Sequence record: OP292654.1
DNA: 64,000 nucleotides
Strand: one strand, 5' to 3'
This document shows positions 8,320-18,223 of this stretch, one piece after another. Below the pieces are notes generated by a model. That model saw only the letters and a list, made by a program, of their open reading frames with translations. It was not told the DNA's origin and ran no database searches. Every line of letters starts with the position of its first letter. Within the stretch, counting starts at the first letter, position 1. Both the position numbers and the translations under genes were made by a program.

Positions 8320-10224
8320 TTATTGATATTGTACGATAACACGACCGTTGAAACGTAAATCAGGTGAAGCAGGAACAGAAAGTACTGCGTTCGTTGGAGA
8401 AATTACGATTGAATCAACTTCAACTGGACTATAGTTTGAACCAGAAAGTTCTTGAACTATGACAGTTTGAATATTTGGATTTGAAATAGTATAAGTATAA
8501 TATGAACCACTCAAAACCCAATTCGCTGTAGTGAAAGTAGTAGCTACCCCACCACCAGAACCAACAGTTGTCCATGTGCCATTAGTTTTTTGAACTACGG
8601 TAGAACGTTCAGAACTATAAGCAATCATACCATCAACACCAACAGCATCATCAATAGTAACTAGCACTGGTAGTTGAATACCATATCTATTAATTTTAGT
8701 ACGCAATGTACTTCCATCATATACTGATACATCGTTGTAATTCAACATATTAAATCTTAATTCAGAAGCAGTTTTAGTAATAGTTGCGGTATTAGTACCT
8801 TCAAATGCTAAAGTCGCACCAGAACTTAATACAGCACCCAATGCGAACCGGTTAGTTGCGTTATTGAATAATGTTGTTCCGGCAAAAGTACTAGCAGCAT
8901 TTACTGTTAAGGTATCAGTCCCAGCATCACCCAATGTAGTATTTCCTGTTACCACCACATTTCCATTGAAAGTACTTAAACCTTGTGCTAAACTTACGTT
9001 TACCGCACTATTGCTTACAAAATCAATGGTGTTAGATTTAACATTCATACCTAGAACCGTATTTCCCGTTGCTGAGAACAGAATGTTCGGTGCAGAAGCA
9101 GTACTTGTAGTTACAGGATACAAAATTAATTGTGTTGGAGTAATACGTAGACGTTCAGTACCACTTGCTGATAAACCAATGCTACCAGTAGCAGGATGGA
9201 AAATACCAGTTGTTGTATCAGACCATAACGCAGGATTTATACCTGGGTCAGTAGTAGGGTCGAATGTATTGCTATTAAACGCTATAGACGGTGCTGAGGC
9301 GGTTCCATAGACAACACCTAACCTGCCAGCACCAGTACTTCCATCGTTGTACATGGTGTCACCTGTGCGGCGTAAACCCTGTAATAGAAGACTATCTATA
9401 ATAGTTTGAACTGTACCTGAACTGTTTGTAAAAGAACGATTCGAAGATGTTACAAAAGTTCTATCGAATGAAACAGCCCCAGCACTAACACTTACACGAT
9501 TTTGACGAAGACGTACATTTGTTGTTCCAGTACTGATAATCCAGTCACCATCAGTAAGACCTAATTCAGAAGTTTTATCAACAACTGAAGTAAAAGCCGC
9601 TGTTAAATTCGAATCATTACTTGCTAATGAAACTAATCCTTCATGACCAGTACTAGGAATACTAGCAGTTATGATACGAGCGAACGCTGCTACAACAATT
9701 TTATTAGCAGTATTTGTTGGGTCAGTATCAATATAATATTTGATTTGAATCCAGTTACCTGCTGAGCTTGGGTTTGTTGGAGTGAATATTACTGTATCAG
9801 TACTTGGGTTATTCGCTCTAAAGTGGGTTACAGCAGCGTCATATATCCCACGAATAATATAGTACTGACCAGAATTGGCAGAACTTGGAGCGGGTAGTTT
9901 TGTATACGCAGAGTCAACAGGTGGATCAATATCATCAGAAATAGGAGCATAAGTACCAATCCATTGCATACCACTTGTTATGGAATCTGGTAATTGGGAA
10001 GTTTGTAGTTGTCCGTTTTCGTCAAGTTGAGCGAAACGACGATAGTTCAAAGAACCATCCGTGAATTCAATTACACCTTCAAATGCTTTCCATTCTGAGT
10101 TATAACGAATCATACCCGCACGTTCAGCGTAGGTTGTTTGTTTTGTAGGAGCTTTTGGTAGTTCTAAAAAGTAAGTACTGTTTATCACAACACCTTCAGC
10201 ACCTTTTATAGTATATGCACTCAT
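8320..10224 (-). CDS. Virion fibre / tail-fibre-like structural protein (634 aa)
   Basis: ATG 10224 after GAGGA. AGMIRYN..FEG motif, T/S/G/N-rich beta repeats, upstream late promoter. Confidence 0.75.
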   Translation of the reverse strand: MSAYTIKGAEGVVINSTYFLELPKAPTKQTTYAERAGMIRYNSEWKAFEGVIEFTDGSLNYRRFAQLDENGQLQTSQLPDSITSGMQWIGTYAPISDDIDPPVDSAYTKLPAPSSANSGQYYIIRGIYDAAVTHFRANNPSTDTVIFTPTNPSSAGNWIQIKYYIDTDPTNTANKIVVAAFARIITASIPSTGHEGLVSLASNDSNLTAAFTSVVDKTSELGLTDGDWIISTGTTNVRLRQNRVSVSAGAVSFDRTFVTSSNRSFTNSSGTVQTIIDSLLLQGLRRTGDTMYNDGSTGAGRLGVVYGTASAPSIAFNSNTFDPTTDPGINPALWSDTTTGIFHPATGSIGLSASGTERLRITPTQLILYPVTTSTASAPNILFSATGNTVLGMNVKSNTIDFVSNSAVNVSLAQGLSTFNGNVVVTGNTTLGDAGTDTLTVNAASTFAGTTLFNNATNRFALGAVLSSGATLAFEGTNTATITKTASELRFNMLNYNDVSVYDGSTLRTKINRYGIQLPVLVTIDDAVGVDGMIAYSSERSTVVQKTNGTWTTVGSGGGVATTFTTANWVLSGSYYTYTISNPNIQTVIVQELSGSNYSPVEVDSIVISPTNAVLSVPASPDLRFNGRVIVQYQ

Positions 10225-10255
10225 TAAAAATTCCTCAGATAATGGTTGTATCCTG

Positions 10256-10262
10256 TATTTAT
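10256..10262 (-). promoter_or_regulatory. T4-late-type promoter ATAAATA
   Basis: tatttat on + strand, upstream of the minus-strand fibre gene. Confidence 0.7.
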
Positions 10263-10279
10263 TATGGGGTACAAAAAAC

Positions 10280-10306
10280 AAAAGGCCAACATAAGTCGGC
10301 CTTTTT
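10280..10306 (-). terminator. Intrinsic terminator
   Basis: aaaaggccaac-ataa-gtcggcctttt with flanking A run. Confidence 0.7.
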
Positions 10307-10317
10307 TATTAATCTAA

Positions 10318-10956
10318 TTATAGTGCTTCGCCATCCCATGAAGCAGCAGCACGAATTGAATCGTAATCTGTCGCAGCGTCGATAGCATCTTTAATAGCAC
10401 GTGACTTAATGAATAAAGTACGAGTAAAATCAGTTAATGCTTGTGCGAATTGCTTGAAAGTAGCTAAATCCATAGGAATTCTTTCACCATCAACTGTATC
10501 CCAAACTAAATTAGATGGGAAATTAGCTTCATCTACTATAGACGATAGAAGCATAAGTTGAATATTACTACGATTACTTAAACCTGAGAAAAATGTTTTT
10601 CCATTGAATTCAAATCCACCGAAATATACCGTGTCACGTTTTGAATCAACACGACCTTTTAGATCAGTTTTAATTACATCCAAATCCATTAATTCATAAG
10701 TATAGGTATTTGTTACCACACCTGTAACTTCATTAAAAGTAGTTACTTTTTCTTTAAATTCTCTGAATTCACCAGTGCCAACATATACATCTTCTTGTGT
10801 CCAGAAACCTTCCATTAATCTAGTAGCTAAATCAAGAGTAGCAATGTTGCCATATGTTGTTCCGGTAGTGTTCCCGCGAACATTAATTGTGTTATTTAGG
10901 ATCTTGGCAATATACCAAGATCCGTTCTCGTCTTTGAGAACGGATACGAAAATCAT
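10318..10956 (-). CDS. DUF4376-like tail fibre assembly/chaperone protein
   Basis: C-terminal pattern GGFEFNGKTF...W.TVDG..IPMD...FIKSRAIKDAIDAA..W. Lies directly downstream of the long fibre gene. Confidence 0.75.
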   Translation of the reverse strand: MIFVSVLKDENGSWYIAKILNNTINVRGNTTGTTYGNIATLDLATRLMEGFWTQEDVYVGTGEFREFKEKVTTFNEVTGVVTNTYTYELMDLDVIKTDLKGRVDSKRDTVYFGGFEFNGKTFFSGLSNRSNIQLMLLSSIVDEANFPSNLVWDTVDGERIPMDLATFKQFAQALTDFTRTLFIKSRAIKDAIDAATDYDSIRAAASWDGEAL

Positions 10957-10971
10957 ATTATCTCCTTATGA

Positions 10972-13900
10972 TTATGGACGCTGTGCGATGAACACATCAA
11001 ATGTTGAACCAATACCACAATATACTACTTGACAGATACTTACAGCGTTAGCAGTAGTACTTACGGAACCACCAATGATTTTATAAGAAGAATCCCAATT
11101 CACTGTGTGGTTTCCTGTAGCATCTTGTGTTACATAGATGAACCATGAACCAGCACCTTTAGTTGTAGCACCAGTAATTGGTTGAATGGTAGTAGTTGTA
11201 CCACTTCCACCAACAGTTAGGTTGTACACGTTACTAGTTCCATCTGGAGTCCACGTTGTAGCACTTGTTGTTTCAGCAGCATGTTGTTTAACATAGTAAG
11301 TACCAGTAGTAACAGATGTAGTATTAACATTTGACAAGTCATATGTTAGAGTACCGTTGACTGTTAGATTATTAACAGTTGTGTCACCTGAGAATGTGCT
11401 TGTTGCGTTAACAGTCAATGTATCAGAACTTGCGTCACCGATAACAGTGTTACCATTTAGAGCCACAGCACCAGTTACAGTTAGACTACCTAGTGTTGAT
11501 AAACCAGTTACACCTAATGTACCGCTTGCGGTTATGTTAGTTGCTGATAGGCCAGCTAGAGTAGTAGCACCAGTTACACCTAATGTACCACCAACGGTTG
11601 CGTTACCTGTAATACCAGCAGATGCTAGAGTTGCCGCACCAGAAGTACTTAGAGTAGTTGCTGAAACACCTGCTAGGGTAGAAGTACCAGTTACTGCCAA
11701 AGTAGTACCAATTGTAGCACCTTGTGTAGTAGTTAATGACTTCATGGTTACGTCAGAGTTTGTCTGATCAAATGAACCGAAGATTACACCACCAACCGTT
11801 AGATCGCCAGTATAAGTTGCGTTACCATTAACTTGTAGGTTGTTGTTGGTTGAGCCAGGAGCACCTAGTACAGCGGTAGCCGCAGTAATAGAAGTACCAG
11901 CAGTAATAGAACCAGCAGCACTGATGTTAGCAGAAGCAGTTACCCCACGTGGAGCAATATCACGACCAGTTAAGTTAATTTGAGCATTAATTGTACCAGT
12001 AACATCTAAGTTACCATTTAGTACAGAATCACCAAATACGTTAACGATATAGTTTGAATCAGCAGTACCAGTACCAACTTGTAGATTTGGAATTGTTGAA
12101 ACTCCAGAACCAGAAACAGTTAGAGTACCACCAACAGTAGTATTACCAGTTACACCTAATGTGCCAGAAGCTGTTACGTTAGTAGCAGATACAGCAGCAA
12201 GTGTTGAAGCACCGGAAACTGATAGTGTACCAGTAATTGCATGGTTTCCTGAGTTAACTCCAGCAAGGGTAGTTAATCCAGTTACACCTAGTGTACCACC
12301 AACAGTAGTATTACCAGTTACACCTAGTGTTGTACCAACGGTAGCACCAGCAGCAAGAGCAATACTGTTCGCAGAAATATCTGCTCCGCTTAGATCTAAA
12401 CCACCAGCAGGAGTGAATGTACCAGTTACAGTTACGTTATTAGCGAAAGTTGTGTTTCCGTTAATAGTTGGAACTGTTAGACTTGTAGCAGTAACGCCAG
12501 CAAGTGTAGTAGCACCAGTAACACCTAGAGTACCACCGATAGTAGTGTTTCCAGAAATTTGTGGAGCACCAGTAATTACACCAGTAGTTAGTACTAAATC
12601 AGTACCTACAGTAACAGTACTAGCAGAAGCCAGAGAAGCAGCACTAATGTTAGTTGCTGATAGGTCAAAAGCACCATCAACTGTTAGATCACCAACAATA
12701 TGAGCATTTCCACTTGAAGTTAGAGATTGAACAGTAACATCAGTAGTACTTAAATCTAGAGCACCTGGGGTAATTGTACCACTTACTGATAGATCACCTG
12801 TAATTGCTGTTGATTTAGCAATCGCTACGTTTGTATTTGCTGAAGTAATGTTGCCATTAAAAGTAGCAGTACCAGAATTTGTTAGTGAACTTACAGTTGT
12901 AGCACCAGCAGTTAGACCAGCTAAGGTTGTAGCACCAGTAACACCTAGTGTACCTGAAGCAGTTACGTTTGTTGCTGAAACCGCAGCCAAAGTACTTGTA
13001 CCAGTAGCAGTAATAGTACCAGTTGTAATAGCATTACTGCTTACACGTGGTAGAACTGATGGGTTGGTTGTATCGTTTACAGTGATAATACCAGTACTTG
13101 TTAAGGTATTAACAGTAACATTTGAAGCACTTAGATCAAATGTACCAGCAACAGTTAGATTTCCACCAACGTTTACATCACCAGTTGTGTTTAGACCAGT
13201 AGCAGCAATAGTAGTACCACTTAAATCAATACCGCCAGCAGATAGTGTACCAGTTACAGTTAAATCCTGTGCCATAGTAACATCTGAGGTAAAGTTAACT
13301 GGATTAGTACTGTTTCCTATTGTACCTGTAGTCAAAGAACCAGCAGTTAGAGCACCAGTGATAGTACCAGATGCTGCTTGAGCATTACCAGAACTTGTTA
13401 GTGAACTTACAGTTGTAGCACCAGCGGTTAGACCTGCTAGTGTAGTAGCACCCGATACATTTAATGTAGTAGTTACATCTACTGAATTAGGAGCAATATC
13501 AAGACCATCAACGTTAGCAACAGCAGTTACACCAGTGGTAGTACCAGTTACAACTAAATCCTTAACAGTTACAGTTTGTCCATTAACAGTTACATTGTTA
13601 CCAAATGTAGCAATACCAGTTACGCCTAAAGTACCAGTGATAGTTGCGTTACCTGTATCATTCAATGAACTTACAGTTGTAGCACCAAGGGTAGTTGTGC
13701 CAGCGGTTAGACCTGCTAGAGTAGTAGCACCAGTAACACCTAGAGTACCTGAAGTAGTTACGTTAGTTGTTTTTAGTGTACCAGTCACATCACCAGTTAC
13801 TGCCAAATTTCCACCGACAGAAATATTACCTGTTGAAGTTACAGTTGCTGGAGCAATGTTTAATCCGTCAACGTTAGCAGCAACAGTTACACCAGTGGTA

Positions 13901-15396
13901 GTACCAGTAACATTTAAGTTATGAATTGTTGTAGTACCAGTTGAACCACCAAGTGAAGCATCACCAGTTACAGTTAGAGTGCCACCAACAGTTGCGTTAC
14001 CAGAGGAAGCAAGAGTATCAGCAGAAACACCAGCAGTAGCAGTTAATGAGTTAACATTAATATCTTGACCAGTTAAATCAAAAGTAATACCAGAAACAGT
14101 ACCAGTTACTTCTAGATCATTAAGAAGTGTTTTTCCAGCAACAGTTAGTTGTGGACGAGTTGAACCAGTAGTTGCGTTACCAACAATATCAAGATAATCA
14201 ATTTTTGCTAAGCCAGCAGCGGTTAGACCAGCATCATTAAATGTTACATCACCAACAGTAATACGATCAATATCAGCTAGTTGACCTTGGAATTCATGAG
14301 AACTCACTTGATATGGTTCAACTGATGATTTAATATCATTTGGACGTGCAGGGTCGTTATAACTAAATTGTAGAATACCAGTACTACCAGCAACATTATA
14401 AATGTTGAATGTAGCTTGGCTATTTGTACCAGTAACGTTACCACTAACGGTTACGTTAGTTAGTGAACTGTTACCAGTAGCAGAAATACTATTAAGGGTT
14501 GATGCTCCGCTAACGTTTAAAGTTTGGAAACTACCATTAGCAAGAGTGAAAGAACCGCTTAGAGCACCATTAATTACTACATCATCAAAAGTAGCAGTTG
14601 TGCCAGATGCTAGAATCAAATCACCATTTAGGTTGGAAGTTCCATTTACTACTAGGGATTCTAAAGTAGTACCACCAGTTACGGATAGATCACCGCCAAC
14701 ATCTAGATCAGTAGCAGTTACTGGACCAGCAATAGTTGTAGTACTGTTAATTGTTAGAGTATCGGTAGCATCTTCACCGATAATCATGTTGTTCTTAATA
14801 TTTGTCGCAGAGTTCACGGTTAGTGAATCAGTGCCATCTGAACCAAGAGTAACATTGTTAGCAAAGTTAGAGGTACTATTAACAGTTAAAACGTCAGTTG
14901 CGTCTTCACCAATAGTTACGTTATTTTTTAAATTCGTTGTAGAATTTACAGTTAAAGCATCAGCAGCAGCATCACCAATGGTAACGTCACCATTAAAAGT
15001 AGCTGGAGCTACAAATATACTTGTTGCATTAACTGTTAGCGTGTCGGAACTTGCGTTACCTACAACTGTATTTCCTTCAATAGATACATTGCTTTTGGCA
15101 GTGATATCAGCATTGAATGTAGAAACGCCGTTTACAGTAACAGTATCAGTGCCGGAATCACCAAGTACTGTATTACCAGAAACGTTTACATTATTCAATG
15201 TAGCTGTACCTGTTGAGGTTACGTTGTTAAGATTCGCTGCTCCAGTGACAGTAATCTGTGTAAATGTAGCATTAGCGAAATTGATTGTACCACCTACGGT
15301 CAAATCATTCGTAATGACTGCACTACCGTTAACCAAAAGATCTTTTTGGATCGTTTGATTACCAGATACGTCAAGATCAGTTTTTATAGAATACAT
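10972..15396 (-). CDS. Long repetitive beta-stranded fibre protein (1474 aa)
   Basis: ATG 15396 after GGAGGG. T/G/V/A/N/S-rich repeats GTLGVTGATTLAG and GNT.IGD...DTLTVN. C-terminal TQDATGNHTVNW domain typical of phage fibres. Confidence 0.8.
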   Translation of the reverse strand: MYSIKTDLDVSGNQTIQKDLLVNGSAVITNDLTVGGTINFANATFTQITVTGAANLNNVTSTGTATLNNVNVSGNTVLGDSGTDTVTVNGVSTFNADITAKSNVSIEGNTVVGNASSDTLTVNATSIFVAPATFNGDVTIGDAAADALTVNSTTNLKNNVTIGEDATDVLTVNSTSNFANNVTLGSDGTDSLTVNSATNIKNNMIIGEDATDTLTINSTTTIAGPVTATDLDVGGDLSVTGGTTLESLVVNGTSNLNGDLILASGTTATFDDVVINGALSGSFTLANGSFQTLNVSGASTLNSISATGNSSLTNVTVSGNVTGTNSQATFNIYNVAGSTGILQFSYNDPARPNDIKSSVEPYQVSSHEFQGQLADIDRITVGDVTFNDAGLTAAGLAKIDYLDIVGNATTGSTRPQLTVAGKTLLNDLEVTGTVSGITFDLTGQDINVNSLTATAGVSADTLASSGNATVGGTLTVTGDASLGGSTGTTTIHNLNVTGTTTGVTVAANVDGLNIAPATVTSTGNISVGGNLAVTGDVTGTLKTTNVTTSGTLGVTGATTLAGLTAGTTTLGATTVSSLNDTGNATITGTLGVTGIATFGNNVTVNGQTVTVKDLVVTGTTTGVTAVANVDGLDIAPNSVDVTTTLNVSGATTLAGLTAGATTVSSLTSSGNAQAASGTITGALTAGSLTTGTIGNSTNPVNFTSDVTMAQDLTVTGTLSAGGIDLSGTTIAATGLNTTGDVNVGGNLTVAGTFDLSASNVTVNTLTSTGIITVNDTTNPSVLPRVSSNAITTGTITATGTSTLAAVSATNVTASGTLGVTGATTLAGLTAGATTVSSLTNSGTATFNGNITSANTNVAIAKSTAITGDLSVSGTITPGALDLSTTDVTVQSLTSSGNAHIVGDLTVDGAFDLSATNISAASLASASTVTVGTDLVLTTGVITGAPQISGNTTIGGTLGVTGATTLAGVTATSLTVPTINGNTTFANNVTVTGTFTPAGGLDLSGADISANSIALAAGATVGTTLGVTGNTTVGGTLGVTGLTTLAGVNSGNHAITGTLSVSGASTLAAVSATNVTASGTLGVTGNTTVGGTLTVSGSGVSTIPNLQVGTGTADSNYIVNVFGDSVLNGNLDVTGTINAQINLTGRDIAPRGVTASANISAAGSITAGTSITAATAVLGAPGSTNNNLQVNGNATYTGDLTVGGVIFGSFDQTNSDVTMKSLTTTQGATIGTTLAVTGTSTLAGVSATTLSTSGAATLASAGITGNATVGGTLGVTGATTLAGLSATNITASGTLGVTGLSTLGSLTVTGAVALNGNTVIGDASSDTLTVNATSTFSGDTTVNNLTVNGTLTYDLSNVNTTSVTTGTYYVKQHAAETTSATTWTPDGTSNVYNLTVGGSGTTTTIQPITGATTKGAGSWFIYVTQDATGNHTVNWDSSYKIIGGSVSTTANAVSICQVVYCGIGSTFDVFIAQRP

Positions 15397-15456
15397 GTAA
15401 TCCCTCCGTTGGATTTGAATATGGAAAAAACCTTTATCCCAAATCATTATTTTATG

Positions 15457-15463
15457 TATTTAT
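15457..15463 (-). promoter_or_regulatory. T4-late-type promoter ATAAATA
   Basis: Upstream of the 1474-aa fibre gene. Confidence 0.7.
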
Positions 15464-15500
15464 TATGGGTTGGGTTCAATACCTACCATAATAGATAAAA

Positions 15501-15529
15501 AAAATCCAGAAATTAGTTTTCTGGATTTT
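15501..15529 (-). terminator. Intrinsic terminator
   Basis: aaaatccagaaa-ttag-ttttctggatttt preceded by an A run. Confidence 0.75.
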
Positions 15530-15533
15530 GTTA

Positions 15534-16394
15534 TTATTTACCACTAATTACTACTTTACCACTGAATCGAACTGATGCTGTTAAGGTTATATTTCCTGAA
15601 CCATCAATTGCTGTTTGTACAGCAGTTATTTGATAAGGTGAAGCACTAGTAGCTCCATCAGTACTGTTTTCATAAACAGCGAGGAAGATAGCCCCAGCAG
15701 CCTGACCATGAGTAGCCTGTGGAATAGACAAGGTAAAATCGGAACCTGAAACTGTCCAATCGGCTTTGTTAATTAATTGACTATATGGTGTAGACAAAGT
15801 AGTTTCTCCTATAATTACTACGTTAATATTACCTGTAGGTAGTGTACCGGATGTTACTGTAATATTACCAGAGGAATCTACAGTTACGTTAGCAGTTTGA
15901 ACATCACCAGTACTACCTTGTAGTTGTACTATAATATTCGAACCACGACCATGTGTAGCTGCGGATAGGGTATATACATAATCAGAACCTACTTGTTGGA
16001 ATTCAGAAGGTGTTGCTACAGTTGTAGTCACATAATCTGAATCTGGTGCTGGGGCTGAACTAAAAGGTTTCCAGATTCCTAAATCTTTAATATAAATTTG
16101 TAGAATGCTGGTATCATCAACTTTGTAGTATACATCACCGTCAATACCTAAGCTTTGGTCTGGATCTACCGTTCCACGCAGAGTATTACCTGAACCACCA
16201 CCATGAGTATTCAAGTACTGTAAAGTTACAAGGTGAGTACCGGAAGTCGGGTCTGCCGCACTAATTGGAATGAGAGCCGTATCTTGATAATTTCTTACAA
16301 CTAGTGTTCCACTATCAAATGATAGTTTAGCACCATTTTTACCAAGGATAAACGATCTCTTCATGGTTCCTTCTAAATTAGAAAAAACTGCCAT
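15534..16394 (-). CDS. Structural protein with two tandem ~75-aa beta-sandwich-like repeats
   Basis: AGGAG SD, late promoter at 16428-16434, internal repeats GSD(Y/F)..TL...THG...SGNIT. Confidence 0.7.
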   Translation of the reverse strand: MAVFSNLEGTMKRSFILGKNGAKLSFDSGTLVVRNYQDTALIPISAADPTSGTHLVTLQYLNTHGGGSGNTLRGTVDPDQSLGIDGDVYYKVDDTSILQIYIKDLGIWKPFSSAPAPDSDYVTTTVATPSEFQQVGSDYVYTLSAATHGRGSNIIVQLQGSTGDVQTANVTVDSSGNITVTSGTLPTGNINVVIIGETTLSTPYSQLINKADWTVSGSDFTLSIPQATHGQAAGAIFLAVYENSTDGATSASPYQITAVQTAIDGSGNITLTASVRFSGKVVISGK

Positions 16395-16444
16395 CGGTTA
16401 CTTTCTCCTATGAGTTTGTGTTTCTAATATTTATCTATGCAACA

Positions 16445-16470
16445 AAAAAGGGAGATGTGATCTCCCTTTT
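16445..16470 (-). terminator. Intrinsic terminator
   Basis: aaaaagggagat-gtg-atctccctttt. Confidence 0.75.
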
Positions 16471-16474
16471 GTAT

Positions 16475-17608
16475 TTAAATATTGTCTTCGATTGGTGTAA
16501 TTGGAAGCTGTTTAGCAATAGTACAAATAATAGTCATTAGACCTACTGAACTGTTGTTTACAGATTCGTTGAATACACATGCTAGAATTTCATCATTCGC
16601 ACTGATTTCATGATTTACTTCATCAACGATATAACGTTGTGCTGTATTAATATCAAAGTAATCTGGTGGAGCAATATCAGTACTACCTTCTTCAGATTGT
16701 GCTGTGCCACCAAATCGTACTGTTAACTCATTAACTACTAAATCATAAGCATTTTGTATTGTTACTTCAATACGAGTTACCATGTAACCTGCTGGTACAG
16801 TACCAATAACAAGTAATGCGTTCTCGTAAGATGTATCAATAACGTTCTTGATTGCGTAGATATTATTCGCATCAGAACCTGGTAAACCTTGAATACCTTG
16901 TTCACCATCTTCACCTTTTGGACCACGGAATAGAATTCCAGGACTCCAAGATTTTTGAAGTGTTGTAGTATCCTGAACTACATAATACAAGTAACCTGTA
17001 TCAGTAGCATAGAAAGTATAGCCAGGATTTAAATCTGTAATTACAGGGAAAGTATCACCTTGAGAATCAATGATGAATCTACCTTGTAGACCTTGAGCAC
17101 CACGGAACTGATATGGACCAGCCCAAGTTAAAGTATCTAAGTCGTAAATCCAAATAGTACCGTCATCGGTATCTAAGAATGTGTAATTATCAAATAAACC
17201 GGTTGTTGGTTTAGTTGTGCCTTGAGAATCAATATGGAATGGTTCACCAGTATCGCCCTTTGCTCCTTGTCCAAATGGTGCACTAACCCACGTTGCTGTA
17301 GGAGAGTTTGCCGCATTTGTTTTAAAATAAATGGTAGGTACGGTTTGAGTACTGTTAATAGTTAAACTCAAGTACGACCAGCCAATATCTTTATCAAGAT
17401 CGAAAGTACTATCTGGAATCACGAATCCTACTTCATTTGGATAAAAGTTTGTACCATTAGTGCCATTAGCACCAACGACTTGACCCAAATCTTGAATAGT
17501 ATTGTCATCATATGTAACTATCAAATGACCAGCGTTATTGATCACTAAATTGTTAATACCTGAACAATTGCAAGAACCTGAAGACCCATTATTAAATGAA
17601 ATTGTCAT
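16475..17608 (-). CDS. Collagen-like (Gly-X-Y) fibre/structural protein
   Basis: Short GXY runs GAKGDTGEP, GAQGLQG, GPKGEDGEQGIQGLPGSD. Late promoter at 17644-17650. Confidence 0.75.
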   Translation of the reverse strand: MTISFNNGSSGSCNCSGINNLVINNAGHLIVTYDDNTIQDLGQVVGANGTNGTNFYPNEVGFVIPDSTFDLDKDIGWSYLSLTINSTQTVPTIYFKTNAANSPTATWVSAPFGQGAKGDTGEPFHIDSQGTTKPTTGLFDNYTFLDTDDGTIWIYDLDTLTWAGPYQFRGAQGLQGRFIIDSQGDTFPVITDLNPGYTFYATDTGYLYYVVQDTTTLQKSWSPGILFRGPKGEDGEQGIQGLPGSDANNIYAIKNVIDTSYENALLVIGTVPAGYMVTRIEVTIQNAYDLVVNELTVRFGGTAQSEEGSTDIAPPDYFDINTAQRYIVDEVNHEISANDEILACVFNESVNNSSVGLMTIICTIAKQLPITPIEDNI

Positions 17609-17643
17609 AGTTCATTCCTTTTTATGTTATGTCATATTACAAA

Positions 17644-17683
17644 TATTTATCCCCTCTTTCTGGTAAGAGCTATGCTATAAATA
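17644..17683. promoter_or_regulatory. Divergent pair of late promoters
   Basis: ATAAATA on minus at 17644-17650 and TATAAATA on plus at 17676-17683. Confidence 0.75.
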
Positions 17684-17715
17684 AGTAAAAGTTCATTATA
17701 GAGGGCTACAAGACA

Positions 17716-18213
17716 ATGGCTTTAAGATCAAAGAATTTTCTTTTTAGAAGAACAAGCAAAGATGGTGAGGAACTTGATTATCAAGATTCAGATTCATGGT
17801 ACAACACTAATAATGATTACCATTGGAATGAAGTCTCACTACCACTAGCTGCTGGTGGTTATTATGGCAGTACTTCAGGTTTACATACACTCGCATTCAC
17901 ATTACGTAATTTCATTGGACGAATTTATGTACAAGCAACATTAGCGAGTGAACCTACTGAAGCAGATTGGTTTCCAATCAAATTTCAAGAATGTTGCAAT
18001 TTTTATATTGAATTCACTGATACACGAATCTACAATCCTGATTCAGAAATTACCATTTATCAACATGGTGTAACTGGAACATTTGCTGAGAACGTGGTCG
18101 GAAACTTCACTTACTTGCGTGTTGGTATAGATCGCAACTATATCAGTGGTGAACCAACATTGCTTCAAAAGCAAATGGCAGGTAAGTTAGAAGAAGTACA
18201 AATTAATTACTAA
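17716..18213 (+). CDS. Hypothetical late (probably structural) protein
   Basis: 165-aa ORF after a TATAAATA promoter. Confidence 0.7.
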   Translation: MALRSKNFLFRRTSKDGEELDYQDSDSWYNTNNDYHWNEVSLPLAAGGYYGSTSGLHTLAFTLRNFIGRIYVQATLASEPTEADWFPIKFQECCNFYIEFTDTRIYNPDSEITIYQHGVTGTFAENVVGNFTYLRVGIDRNYISGEPTLLQKQMAGKLEEVQINY

Positions 18214-18223
18214 GGGATTAGAA

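Noticed and set aside
11357-15358. Long plus-strand ORFs (e.g. 14402..15358, 12161..12703, 12848..13381) antisense to the fibre gene; also 8864..9310
   Set aside because: These are shadow ORFs. The Thr/Gly/Val/Ala-rich repeat codons give stop-poor antisense frames, with V/P/T/A-rich products and no SD or promoter.
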